From the NCBI GenBank assembly GCA_030248215.1, contig JASANG010001107.1:62001-126000 (forward strand): a stretch of 64,000 nt of DNA, written 5' to 3'. A program made the position numbers and the translations under genes. Source of the stretch: Enoplolaimus lenunculus (taxonomy: Eukaryota). Below are positions 29,648 to 51,367 of this stretch, piece after piece. Numbering within the stretch: the stretch's first letter is position 1; every line of letters begins with the position of its first letter. The notes beneath the pieces were generated by a model, which saw nothing but the letters and a program-made list of their open reading frames with translations, had not been told where the DNA came from and searched no databases.

Positions 29648-30201
29648 TAGGGTGTATTAACGGATAGTAAAAATAACTGAAGCAGAAACGGATAGTAACC
29701 AATGACGGAAACGGAAATTCAAAACACATATTGAAGTAAAAATTTCAAAAATTTTTTATTTTTCTGCCAACACAATCGAGGCGTGTAAATATTCACCGGT
29801 CTATCAAAAAATATATAGAAACGATGGAGGATGCACCGAACCTCTGAAGATTTTGGACCAATTTCGTATTAATTTTCATTTCACTTGGAGCAGTTACAGC
29901 AAATTTGTAAAGAAAGATTAAGATATGGATAAGTGATTTACAGGGTACAACCGGAGGTGAAAAATACCAGAGCCGGAGGTCAACGGAACTTGCCGGAGAA
30001 GGAGGTGAGACAAAATTAGGTAGTAAAAATGACGGTTTAATTGGTCAATTTTAAACAATATCTGCAACATGTTGTTAAGTTGTTTCGTTTTACGCTAATT
30101 TTCTGCGAAATTTCGGAAATTCTTCTGTTGGTTCTATAACGGAACCGCAAACGGATACCAATTTATATCGGAAACAGAAACGGATATCCGGTTACACCCT
30201 G
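29648..30201. mobile_element. hAT-like MITE (TAGGGTGTA.../...TACACCCTG) carrying a nested fragment of the CAGGGTACAACC family
   Basis: Terminal inverted motifs and ACGGA(A/T)A subrepeats. The internal part resembles 11410-11690. Confidence 0.65.
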
Positions 30202-30262
30202 CCACTCACACAAATTATCATTTCTGATTTTATTCAGAAGATCAATATTGTCAGCGAGAAAC

Positions 30263-30460
30263 CTATAATGTTTTTCTGAAATGTAGGAGAGCCAGAGCGG
30301 CGATAGCAGGAACAGCGGAATAGCGGGGACAACAGAACAGCCGAATCAACAGGAGGAGGACAGCAAATACAGTGATTCGATAGATCCCTAAAAGGAGTTG
30401 AAATGGTTTTAGTATAGTATAAAGCGCGAAATCTAGCTTAGGATACTCGTCGTAATCCAT
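30263..30460 (-). CDS. Candidate small hydrophobic ORF or first exon of an unannotated gene
   Basis: 65-aa ORF (MDYDEYPKLDFALY...) with ACCATGG start context and hydrophobic segments. An X-box lies about 100 bp upstream. No homology recognised. Confidence 0.3.
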   Translation of the reverse strand: MDYDEYPKLDFALYTILKPFQLLLGIYRITVFAVLLLLIRLFCCPRYSAVPAIAALALLHFRKTL

Positions 30461-30562
30461 GGTAGCAAATCGATTTCTTCACATGAGCACGTAACGGCAC
30501 ACACTACTTTGGTGCGTCATACGAACTCAACTTCATGCGCATATTTTTAATCAGCTCGTTTG

Positions 30563-30576
30563 GTTACCCTAGTAAC
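30563..30576. promoter_or_regulatory. RFX/DAF-19 X-box
   Basis: GTTACCCTAGTAAC, a full consensus match about 100 bp upstream of the minus-strand ATG at 30460. Confidence 0.5.
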
Positions 30577-31924
30577 ATTTTTGAAATTGTGACACCCCCA
30601 ATTAATCAATGTGCCTCAGAAATAGTTAAATAAAAATGACTTTTCATGCAATCGTTTCAACTGGATGTCGCTTTTATTAAATTTAATTTCATGCCACCAT
30701 ATAAACTTTAATATAACTAAAAATGAAATTTATTCAAGCGTATAGAATATAACCGGAGGTCTGCCTTCGCCACAAAGTCGACCTCGAGCTCCGATAAAAT
30801 TTTTGCCGGAAGTTCCGGCAATTTCGGTAGTAAAAGTTTGCATCGTTGTACAAAGTTTATTTGTTTGACGCCTTTCTTTTTCACTTCTGGCATAGCTTTG
30901 AGGAAAAATTGGCGCGATGTCGTTAAAAAACGTAAAACCAAAACAAATAGCAACACATTACGGATATTTTCTATTAGCAAATTAGGCATCATTTTAACAA
31001 ACTAATGTCGAAATTAGTTTCCCTAAGCTCAGTTATTTCTCCTCCGGTTTAGTCCCTGCATGCGTGGTACGTAGAATCGAAGTCCATTTTACAACACAGC
31101 ATAAACAAAGAAATCCTTGAGTAATACCAAAATGTACAGAACCAGACAGCAACAGTAGTAAAAGCATAGTCCAAAACCTAAAGCGTAAGAATGAGCTTTT
31201 ACCTAAGCCATAAAATTAGTCTAAAGCTTAAGCTCACTGTTGCAGTCCCGCAGAAAACCGTTCCGACTCTAAATCTCTACTTTGGCAAATACTACAAAAT
31301 TAAAAAAAAATCGTCAAGAACGTTAATACTGAAATTATAAATAAAATTCGTTACAATGCAAGCAAAAACATCCTACAAAAATTTAAAAACCGAAGGACAT
31401 CAGTTTACAACGCTCAATTAACCAAATAAACATTAAACGTTTATTTGAGTACCACATACACAATTAAAAATAATGAATAAGACGAAATACATGGCTCAAT
31501 TATTTTCCAAAACTTTATTTCGACATAAAGGAGTAAATCAGAGGCGAATTTATGACGAGTAAAAATCAAATGGCTATCTCACTACATAATCTGGAAAAAT
31601 ACTTTATCTAATATGCAAAATAGCGCATCGCACGAAAAACATACAAAAATGTAATAAACACAAAAACGACTATTAGAAAACTAGTGCAACATTAATGATC
31701 ACAATTCATGCAAATAAGCAACGAAGAGGCTGGCGCTTGATACAGACGTTAATCAATAACTGTTAATTTGAACTGACGTATTATCAACTCAGCTTATTCT
31801 TGTTATAAACTAAAAAAATATTCCGGACCACTAATGTAATTTACTAGCGCTAGCCTCCAACACCGATAATGAACTATACTTAGCAAATTATCTTATACTA
31901 ACAGCCCCGGTATCACTGATTAAT

Positions 31925-40940
<9,016 letters not shown>

Positions 40941-41329
40941 TTCTATTACGTTAGATAGATAACTTATATGTATAAATCGCAAGAGCGAATTCTCCAATAT
41001 GCAATGACACTATAATTACCAATTTTATTACAAAATTGATACACTCATAAAGATATTTTATAAGCCTACATATCTAACTTTGACTTTCACGCATATCGAT
41101 ACTAGACAGATATAATCTAGAAGTAGGGATAGAGTGTTCGCTTAAGGGTCCGTAGGCTGACTGTTTGATCACCGCTTTGGAAGCCCACGTTCCCACTACT
41201 TAGTAATAATGTCGAAAGTCCCGGTTCCTACCTAGAGTGACACCGGGACTTCAGACCTTGTAGCTAAATACGCACTGGAAAAGCGGGTTACGAGTATTTG
41301 CAAACTAGCGGCTTATCCGTACACTGCCG

Positions 41330-41575
41330 GCTGTCCAGAATTCACGGTCGGGACGACTCCTTTTTCTGAAGTACTGCGAATATACATAGTTTTTCTCCTA
41401 AATTTCCCCGAAACATACGGCCACGCCGGTAAACTAACCTCGGACCTCTCGCTCAGAGTCAAGCGCGCTACCCACTACACCACACGGCCCATATCATAAT
41501 TTCCTCTGGTGCTATATGTGCACGAGTAAGTATGTGTCTTAACATTACACACTCTGCACATACACAAGCTACCCA
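41330..41575 (-). repeat. Second locus of the tRNA-module repeat (tRNA-like 41418-41489), upstream of enolase
   Basis: Colinear with about 440-680 on both sides of the tRNA-like module. The B box is degenerate. Confidence 0.75.
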
Positions 41576-43175
41576 CACCGGCAAGCATACTATATAGTGC
41601 AATGCATTTTGTATCTACACACGGACAAGCATGTCGCACAAGCTTACATGTAGCACCTATAGTTAGTTTGTGACAGGTTTTCAAACAAACCAATTGCGTG
41701 AGCTGATGACCTCAAATATCGCTCGCTGCTAGACTCGATTGTTTGTGACAAACGTGCGATATTTCAAAGTTCTCCGTTGGCTGGTTCAAAATTTAAAAAA
41801 CATATCACCAACTAGTAATATTTGCTACACGCCAGTGCCAGCGAAAGCGCCGTCGAACCATCTTTCAAGTAGAGGTACGACACCCTTGAGTGCAGCCCTG
41901 GCAAACTAAATTTTTTCCCGTTCGATGAGAGCAGTGAAACATCATGTTGGTGACCCCTCGGACCTGTTTGGAGCCTGAGTATACTAACGCCACCTGCTAC
42001 ACATAGTCAACGATTTCAGCACATAACGCCACAGTCAAATATAGCCTAGAAACAACAAACATTTAAAATCTTTTTTCCCATTTAGAGAAATGAAAACTTC
42101 AGAGAAATGTTCACCCGCTAGCTATGTAGTTTACCGGATTCCTCAAAAATAAGCAGTAACAGCAACGAACCACCAAAATTTTAAATAACATACACTAAAT
42201 GTAAAAACTGCGTTGTACGTTAAAATTATTGGTTTTCTAGTTTTGATTAAATTGAATTTGGCGTCAAATTATGCGCAAAGTCGAGCAGTTTTTACTATAC
42301 GAGAGTCGAGCAATTTTCACTATACGATTGCAAGTTCCATCATCCCACGTAAAAAGTACTTCACCTCCGGCAAGTTTTCTTAAGCTCCACTCAGGCTCTA
42401 AGGGTACACGTGAAAGCAAGCATTGAAAATTTTTCACTTTTCCCGTTTTCCGAACCTCACCTACACCTCTAACTTTCCCTCAGCACCAAAAGGAATCATA
42501 TACCTAGGCTTGAATTTTCCACCTTTCCACCTTTCTTGTTTTCCAAACCGAACCGCACATCCCTAATTTCCAGCCAATTCAATCAAACTGGTCCTTCGTT
42601 ATCAGACCTAGAGAATACCTATAGGTTTAACTTTCTCGAACTTTTTCTCACATGCCCAAAGGTATCATACACCTACGCTTGAATTGGCCCATGTAAAGAT
42701 CAGGGGCGAAAAGTTTTTCTGTAGCACTAGTATGGAATAAACTTAAGCTTTAGACTAACATTTTTGCTTGGCTATAGGCTTAGGCTTTAGGGGTAGGCTT
42801 CTGAGGGTTAAGAGTATGCTTTACTGTTCCGCCCCTGTTGTTTTATACATTGGCAAAGGCAATTTTTAAAGTGTTAATATTGCAAATATTTCTCTACAAC
42901 GCAGCTTAAGCGATCCTTTGACACGCTTCAAGTCATTGCATTGGTAAAATTCCACATCATTTTTAAATCCGTACCTAATTTTGTTTCATTTCTAGCTTCG
43001 ACAAAATGGGTTGACCTTTGACTTCTTCAGTTTTTGTTCACCCCCGGTTGCACCCTAATTGCCAATTGTTGAATATTCCCTGGTTTGGGTAGGGAATAGA
43101 GATTTAGGTGAGGTTTGGAAACGAGGAAAAGTGGAAAAGTTAAACATAAAAGTTTTCTCTAGGTCTGGTAGGTTA

Positions 43176-43366
43176 GGGGCCAATGTTACTTTTAGGGCCG
43201 AAGCAGTAGATTAAGCGTATTCGTAAGCCTATTAAGCCTAAGCCTAAGCCTAAGTATAAGCCTAAGCCTAAGTTTAAGCCTAAGCAAAAATGTAGTCCAG
43301 AACGAAAACCTACCTATTTACAGACCCACCAGAAACCGGGACGGCCTTAAAAGTAACATGGGCCCC
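43176..43366. mobile_element. GG-terminal MITE family A with internal (GCCTAA)n
   Basis: GGGGCCAATGTTACTTTT / AAAAGTAACATGGGCCCC termini. Confidence 0.85.
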
Positions 43367-43369
43367 AAA

Positions 43370-44380
43370 AAAACCAATTCATATGCCTCGGTCTAAGCCT
43401 AAATAGAAGTCTATCTCATTTACGGTCTAATCTATGCTTAAATTAAGCCTGCTTCTAAAAGCCTAAAGCCTCAGCCTAAGCCTGAACGTAAGTTTAAGAT
43501 TTAGCTCAAGAGACAATTAAGATTTCATCTATGTTTAAACCATTTCATAAAGCCTCAGTTTCAACCTAAAAGCCTGAACCTAAGTCTAAGATTTAGCCCA
43601 AGGGACATTTAAGATCTAACAAATACTCAAACAAAGCCAATTCATAAAGGCTCGGCCTTAGCCTAAATATAAGCCTGTTATTTACAGTCCAATATGTGCT
43701 TAAACCAAAGCCTGTTGTTAACGAATGAACCTAAACCAAAGCCCAAGCATAAGCCTAACGCTTAAACCTAAGCCTAAGTTTAACATTTAGGCCAAGGGTC
43801 ATTTAAGATCTAATCAATGTTTAATCCAAAGCCTATTCATAAAGCCTAGACCTAAGTCTAAACATAAGCCAATGATATTTGCGGTTTAATTTGTCCTTAA
43901 ACCAAAGCGTGCTCCTAAAACCTATGCCTAAACCAAAGCCCAAGCTTAACCATAAGCCTATTAAAGCCCACGATTTAGCTTAAGGGTCATTTAAGACTAT
44001 GTTTAAACCACTTCCTAAAGCCTCAGCCTCAGCCTAAGCCTAAGCCTAGCCTTAAGTATATGCCTAAACCAGCCAATGTAAAAAACAGGGGCGGAACAGT
44101 ATTATAAGCATATTCCAAAGCCTAGGCCAAAGCCTAAAGCTGAAGCCCAAGCGTAGGAATGAGCATATTCCTACGCTTAAAATTAAGCCTAAGTCTGAGC
44201 CGTAAAATACCTAAGCGTAAGACTAAGGCACCCCTAAAATCTACATCCAAACTTACGACAGATTTTACGGATAAACTCTTATTTCTAAAACTAAGCCTAA
44301 GACGGTGCCTTGCCTAAGCCTAAATCTAATCTTGAGCCAGACAATAGCCTCATCATTAACTTACGCCTAAGCCTAAGCAC
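43370..44380. repeat. Degenerate GCCTAA-rich higher-order tandem repeat (units of about 200-260 bp)
   Basis: The block AAGCCAATTCATAAAG...CTTAAACCAAAGCCTG recurs at about 43370, 43634 and 43830, amid variant GCCTAA hexamers. Confidence 0.75.
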
Positions 44381-45220
44381 AAAAATTTTCTTGCAATGTA
44401 TTTCATTGAAATCACTAAATACTGAAATCTCAGAAAAGCTACGAATTTTTTAGCTTGGGCGGTGAAATTTCGAGACGGCAGTAAAGTAAGCACCAAAAGT
44501 AGTTCGAAAAGGAAGAGCAACCGGACAAAAATATCTTAAAATTACTACGCTTATTAAATAGCTATAGCTTAAATCTGATCCTCAGCGACAGGTAGCATAA
44601 ACTTTCGAGACCGATTCCTCACACAACTGCATATCTTTGCAATTCGATTTGCAATAGCAAGAATACTCCAAAAACTAGGGCACATTTAGTTTTAACAGTA
44701 GTAGAAGCATACTCTTAAGTCTAAACATAAGCGCAGCTTTTCCAATTGCAGTCCCGCAGGAAAACGTTGCCCCCAGATCTTTACATGGGCCTTTTGAAAC
44801 AACTCTTTAATGTATTTTTAAATGAAAACAATATTTCTAACATTTACCTAGATCCGACGGAGGTTTGTGCTCTGCTTACACTTAAAACTAATTACTGCCT
44901 TAAATTAGGCGTCTAAAGATTACTCTTTCCAACGCTGTGGAAATTTTAAATTTAATTTATTTCAAGGACGACACTACTTAGATTTAAATAATGACAACAC
45001 TCGAAAACAATGCAACCCGCCGTTTCTTGATGTTTTCTTGGTTACCGTACTAACCGACGTGCATCCAAAAATGATCTGATTTAGAAAATTTTGGTATATT
45101 TGAGCTTCTCATGACATCATCTGATCATATGACATTTAAATCTAAATTTTTTGAAAAATACAGTCAACACAACGGTACACGCTTGCGCACAGAAGGACCC
45201 GTTTGGTATATATTTTAATG

Positions 45221-45405
45221 GGCCCATGTATAGAACACGGCCGGAACAGTAGTATAGGCATATTCCTAAGCCTAAGCCTAAGCCTATGCGTATGGATGAG
45301 CCTATTCCTAAGCCTAAGCCTAAGCAAAAAAATTAGTCTAAAGCTTAAACTGACTCTATTATAGCCCGTTCGAAAAACGATCCGACCCTGTTCTATACAT
45401 GGGCC
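45221..45405. mobile_element. GG-terminal MITE family B with internal (GCCTAA)n
   Basis: Perfect 17-bp TIR GGCCCATGTATAGAACA. TSD TTTTAATG/GTTTAATG. Other copies or fragments at 42686-42854, from 44071, 44680-44791, 31145-31290, 63251-63325. Confidence 0.9.
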
Positions 45406-46029
45406 GTTTAATGCAACTTCCCTTGTATACGCCCGTATCTACTAAAAACTTTAGTTTCGTTTCAGAACAAATTATACAATAAAAAATAATGCAAAATTAT
45501 AACAAACATAGACAAATATGATATGCGCCGCAACATGGAGTACAAAATTGTTTTAGATTTACTGCATGATTCTTTCAAATAAAAGACATTGCAACAAAAC
45601 AACACATACAAAAAAGATAAGAGTACCAACAGTAAATTCGTAAAGTACTCCACGCTTAATTTTTAATATTTTCAGTAATCACAAATGTAAATTGATTCAG
45701 AAACAGCGTCGCAGTATAGTGACCCGAAAGAGGGGGGACCGATATTCATTTGGTCTCTCCAGAGGGTACCTCCCTTGTTATTCAGTTACGGACTGTTATT
45801 TATTTTTAACCCACCCTCCGCCACCCTTCGTTACTGATATATATCCGGTACTACAACTATCAGTTGAATTAAACGTTTGTTTGCCTTGCGTCATTAGCTT
45901 GAGCAATCATGCAAGGTTATACTTACGAATGTACTTTCAAAATTTAAGTACGCTTTAAAGATTCGAACTCAATTTTATTTGGTCCTGACGTCATTTATGC
46001 ACTACAATTACGAAATCACTGACCTTCAC

Positions 46030-46161
46030 GGACTCTAATTAGGATTTATGGACTCCATCCGCTTACGGACTCTTATTAGGGATACGAACTCCTATTGATT
46101 GGGTCTCAAAATGGGGACCCCCTCTTATTACCCCACACCCTTTTATCCGGGTCGCTACAGT
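46030..46161. repeat. Dispersed repeat ending ...GGGTC(A/G)CTACAGTA (relatives at 51700-51810, 10490-10720, 16415, 45715)
   Basis: Shared CTCCTATTGATTGGG(A/T)CTCAAAATGGGGAC core and a TA-flanked terminus. Possibly a Tc1/mariner-type non-autonomous element. Confidence 0.65.
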
Positions 46162-49100
46162 AATAGCGCTCTGTACAAAACCTACTGAATATATTATATA
46201 CCAACTGCACATACAAGTATAGCGTGACGTGAGTTTCAATTGTATCGTCACCCCGAAACCATTCAGGCAATTTAGGCATTGAATCCTGAAGATTAGGTAG
46301 CTTTTAAAACACTGCAAAGTTTTAGTATTGACTGCTCTAAACTTCAATTAATTATTCAACAGCAGAAAATTTATAAAAAACAGACGCGTAAAATATCTTG
46401 CATTAATTTTTATCGAAATCAACGAATTAAGTAACGTTTACAAATCACATCACAACAAACTGACTAAATTAACTACAGATAAGGTTTACTTTCGTTCGGC
46501 CAACAGTAATTTAGATACCGTTTTATGTGTTGTTTGCAACGGGTATACATTTTTTGACCTGTATAATCCAGCAGGCTATAGACAAGCTATAAGATTCTTT
46601 TTGCACGTTACTTCAAAAATTTCAAAAACGCATGTATACCCTGCCCCAACAAAAAATGCAAATTCGCGTCAAATTTGACTGTTAGCCGAATGAGATGTGG
46701 GTTGCATGAAAGTACACAATACAGATAATACAACAGTAACTATATGAGGCGTGGTGCATTCAGAAATTTAACTGTAATTTGTCAAAAAAACTTAGACTGA
46801 TACCTTCTGGTAAATCGAAATTCTCGTTTGAAGTTCTTTACAACGGATTGTTTCCGCAATGCTAGCCCTCGCTTCAACCGTTGTATATACACAGACCAGC
46901 CTACGAAACCAGTTAAAAGCCGTTCATAACGGCAGCTTACCCTTTATCAGGCATTCCTCATTGAAAAACTCAGATACCAGCCGGCCTTGCTCGCAAATTG
47001 CCAGCAGAGATCGCAAAATTTCCAAAAAGGACATTCAAATTTTCCACATATAACAATTCTTTTAAATTTCCAACATATGACAATAATTTCATATTACCAT
47101 ATATTACAGCTCTTTTTAATGCTGCCGAAAATACATCGGTGAATGCAAGTGGCGCTTCCGGCATAGTTGCGGCCCTGACACCAATAAATTGCGGATCCAG
47201 TACTTTCAGTTAAGTGGCATTCGTGACATAATTGGCTCGAAAAACGACAACACCAGCAGCTATTACTAAAATTTTAAATTGACAAAAAACACAAATTAAA
47301 TCATACTCAACCTGAAAACAAATACGCATGTAAAAAAGCAAGCGAACTAGAAAGTGCTTTTGCGTATATGAAGAAGTGCAGTTAAAATATACAAAATAAC
47401 ATAAAAACGATATGCAGGATCAATACTCAAACGAAACATGACAAATTCAATTAAAATGAGAGTAAACGCCAAACAAGGGCGTAGCCAAGATTTCGCAACA
47501 GTGACGCTCGTTTCAATACTAATTTACCTGACCCAAAAAAGATCGAACAATGCTTCAAAAAGTAAAAAAAATCATCTTTTCAACACACTTGTGAACGCTC
47601 ATACATCAGTCAGACAGCCCAGTTTATATATATAGTACGGTACTTTATCGGTGAAAAAATGAATCTTTGTAGCTCAATTTATTTTCCCTAACCGGTATTT
47701 GTTAAAAAAATGGTTCAGTTTGACAAAGTAGAACAAGTTACTACTTCTCATAAACTCCGTTATTACATTTGGAAAATAAAATTTTTCCAAAGAGATCCAC
47801 GCACCCTATTTGCTCCTACGCGCGAACATACCTTGAACCATGTAACATCAAAGTAGATTTATTCCATTTACTTCAAAGGCACAACCAGAAATCAAACGAA
47901 TTTTAGTGAAAACATACAAAATTCGCAAAATACAATACAAAATTTATCACCATTATAAGTAGCATTTCACCAGGTAAAAATTATAGTTACAAAAACACAT
48001 ACGTGATTGCAGAAAATGAATAAAAAACGCTAAAATCTAAATTTAGCAGTTTAATTTGATGGTTTTCAAGGTAATTTCATCTATTCGTACATAAATATAG
48101 TAGCCAACCGTATAGGAATCAAGAAGGTCATATTTCAATGGTTAGCTGAGACTAGTTGATTTACACACGACCAGGATACAACCGGAGATCTGCTTTTGGT
48201 TTCGGCAAAAAATCGACCTCGGAGGTTCCGGCAATTTCGGTAGTAAAAGTATGCAAAATTTTGCAATAGTTATTTGTTTTGTGCGGTTTTTTCAGCTTTT
48301 GGTACAATTATGAGGAACAAATACGCTCACCGGCTACGGTATTTTTCACGTCACCTCCGGTTGCACCTCGCATGTGACCTACGGAAATATCTCGTTCTGT
48401 TTCGCATTCTAAACCTAAACCAAGTTCTTGGCGCTACCGGTGCTTCCACATTCCAGAGACTTCTAAATGTCAACCTAACGACACAAAGAAAAATAATCAT
48501 GCATATAGACATAATAATTAGGTTTACAAAGCATTACTTAGGTACAACGTAATACTTTAGAATATGCTACGTAATTACTTAACCATTTTGTTGTTTTTAA
48601 AAGCGTGCCTAAGTTACGTAAATACTTAAGTCGCTGACTAAATTTGATGTATTACAAATTTACAGCGGTAGGTTACTTAAATCATATAAGGATACCTTTC
48701 ATACCGTGGTGAAATTAATGTCGGAATATTAATAACAGTACACATCAGCTGTAACGCGTGGTAGCGTGGATTTTAGTTGGATAGTGGGTGACCTTATGTA
48801 ACCAAATTTATGCTCTCTCTCTAGCTTCAACAGGGTTACTTTAGAACCTATTAAAATGTCTTTACTTTAGTACCCGTAAACATTCCGTTTCTTTTTGCCA
48901 AAAATCTCGGAATAGATATATCACTATTCAATTATCCCCTTAATAACACCGCTGATCTGTTAACTAAGATACTGTAAAAAATGTAGACAATTTACAATTT
49001 AGACCACAACATTCAACCGTCACATCTGGTATTAATCTCTGATACAATTACTAACAACCTTACCCGCACAACCATAATAAACATCAACGCACGTGTTGCA

Positions 49101-49308
49101 AACGACCCTACGACAACTCGTCGGCTGACAGCTCCTCAAGCCAAAAACTAAACCTAAGCATAACCCTAAGCCTAAGCATAATCCTAGGCGTAAGTCAAAT
49201 GGTAAGCGATTAATTGCCGGGTTTATAACATGTCAGGTTACGAAATGTCGTGATACCGCTGCAAGTGGCATGTTACTACTTTACCAGTCTCACATTTTAA
49301 ACAAAATA

Positions 49309-51367
49309 CTACACAACAGTCGTATTCATCGACGCTGATGGTATTTCGGGACCTGCGCGGCTGGCGGCAACCCTAATTAAAGGCCCTTGACCATCCTGTT
49401 GTGGAGCATACGATGCGGCCCGTTGTTGTTGTTGTTGTTTTTGTTGTTGCTGTTGTTGTTGGCGGATATGGTGTGGCACCGGTTCGGCCGCTAGTGAATC
49501 ATAAGGCGGAGGTGCGTCGTCTGAACTCATTCCACCAAACGGCGCCGACGGACTGAAAATCAACACACTACTCTGAATATTTGAAAAATTGCTTTAAGCG
49601 CAATATCATCTATGCTTTATTTTATCCAACACCGTAAACAATCGAAACAATATGTCTTACGACAGAGCATCAATTAGTGTACCGCAAGACATCCATTGGG
49701 AAACTCATCTTGTACCGTAGAATCCCTGTGTCGGCTCTCTTAGTCTTTACCGCGTATACACAGTAATCTTTCATAAAAAAAATGCAATAATAACATGAGA
49801 TTTTGAAAATACACATAAATCTCTGTACCAAACCAACTAATGCCTTAGCTATTACAAAAACAGGAATGACCAGGTCACCACTATTACACAAATATATGCA
49901 ACAAAATACAATACCCACAGACGAAATGGCTATGTTCTACTTTTAACAGAAATACTTCAAATCAACAAACCTCAGTTTGGGATCCGCGTGTGAACGATGT
50001 TGTGACGTTGGTGTCCGTATCGGAATACCATCGGCAATATGTCGGGTAGGAGACGATGTTGTAGGACCGGAAGACGCTGTTGGGGCATAACTCTGAACAT
50101 AAAACCATGTAATTATACAAACGATTTAATCATTTATTGCTCAAAAGTCAGTGTAGACAGGATTTTTCATTTTGGAAGAAATAATAACCTCATGTAAAGG
50201 TTTCTGAGACCAAGCGGAGCGAGCAGCAAAACTGTGAAGCCCGAGATAGTGCTATTTTCCTCGTTTCTCAAAAATTTCCGTAGGTAATATATTCTCCTAT
50301 GCCTCGTTGTATACACGTCCTTAGTGTTCAAATCCTAATAGTTTTAGTGTGCGACTCTTAATTGGAGCGATTTTCTGCGTGACTGCAATACAGTAATCTA
50401 CAGCTGTAGACTAATATGTTATACTACTGTTACGGCTATGTTCTATACAATGGCCGAAGTTTTGAAACCCAACTTCTTATATTTCTAGCAATTCTTTCAA
50501 ACATATCACACTCACTGGCGAACATGAACAAAGTGCAGTATTATATGCAAACTTACATAATTTTCGATGTTACGAGAACTGGAAGGTTTCGTTTTAGCAC
50601 TGTCGTAGAAGAACAAAAAAGCGGAAGCAAGAAACAGCACTAAGCCGAGAAATATGACAAATATGCCGCCAACCTAAAATAATATTACTATATGAGTTCG
50701 CAAAAACTTCATTCACTATTAATCAGCCTAAACTTGATCTAGTTAATGTATTGTAAAAAAATTAATTATTCAACTGTTTGCAAAATGGCTCTGCCTTCAA
50801 ATCAGTAGTTCGCCCAGTATATAAAGGCACAACAAAATGTTCCATGTTGGGCCAAAATTTTTGAGCAAAGTTTAATGAACCAATGACTGATGACCTTTTA
50901 CATAATGCCGACGCTAAAAATTAGCTAGAAAATAATCCGATTTCGCAAATTTTATCCACAGCTAGGATTAAGGTTTTTTATGAAAACTGGTTATTGGCTT
51001 CGTCCCTGAATCATGCTTCACTGGTACTGGTTTTGTTGGTAAAAATTAACTAGTCTTTTCGATCGTTTCCCTCTTTCAGTTAGTGTTCGCCCAAAAAACA
51101 TAGATTTTATACTTTTTTGCATATTTGAGCTTCTCATGACCTCTCATGATCGTCTCAAACCCAAATTTGAAAACCCAAAACACCCACAATAACTAAAGTA
51201 TCGCAACGTAAACAGGTTATCACCAACTAACCAGAGCTAGCGTTTCCGAATACATGAAACCGCAAAGCACTGCGCCACCACCAACAAAAAAGATTCCCAG
51301 CATAACACATATCATGGCCGTTGTAGTGTGGGTGCAACGGCATGCTGGGGCGCCAAATGCACCAACC
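49309..51367 (-). CDS. Uncharacterised two-TM membrane protein with PSAP/PPxY/YxxL motifs, polyQ tract and C-terminal TVV; 5' end uncertain (about 188-205+ aa)
   Basis: In-phase GT-AG exons 51367-51232, 50673-50557, 50092-49971, 49552-49309. Translation: VGAFGAPACRCTHTTTAMICVMLGIFFVGGGAVLCGFMYSETLAL|VGGIFVIFLGLVLFLASAFLFFYDSAKTKPSSSRNIENY|SYAPT...DPKLS|PSAPFGGMSSDDAPPPYDSL...QQQQ...SMNTTVV*. The first in-frame ATG is at 51315. An upstream coding exon is not excluded. Confidence 0.8.

Noticed and set aside
43176..44380. True telomere or chromosome end
   Set aside because: The hexamer runs are short, degenerate, internal, and largely bounded by MITE TIRs.
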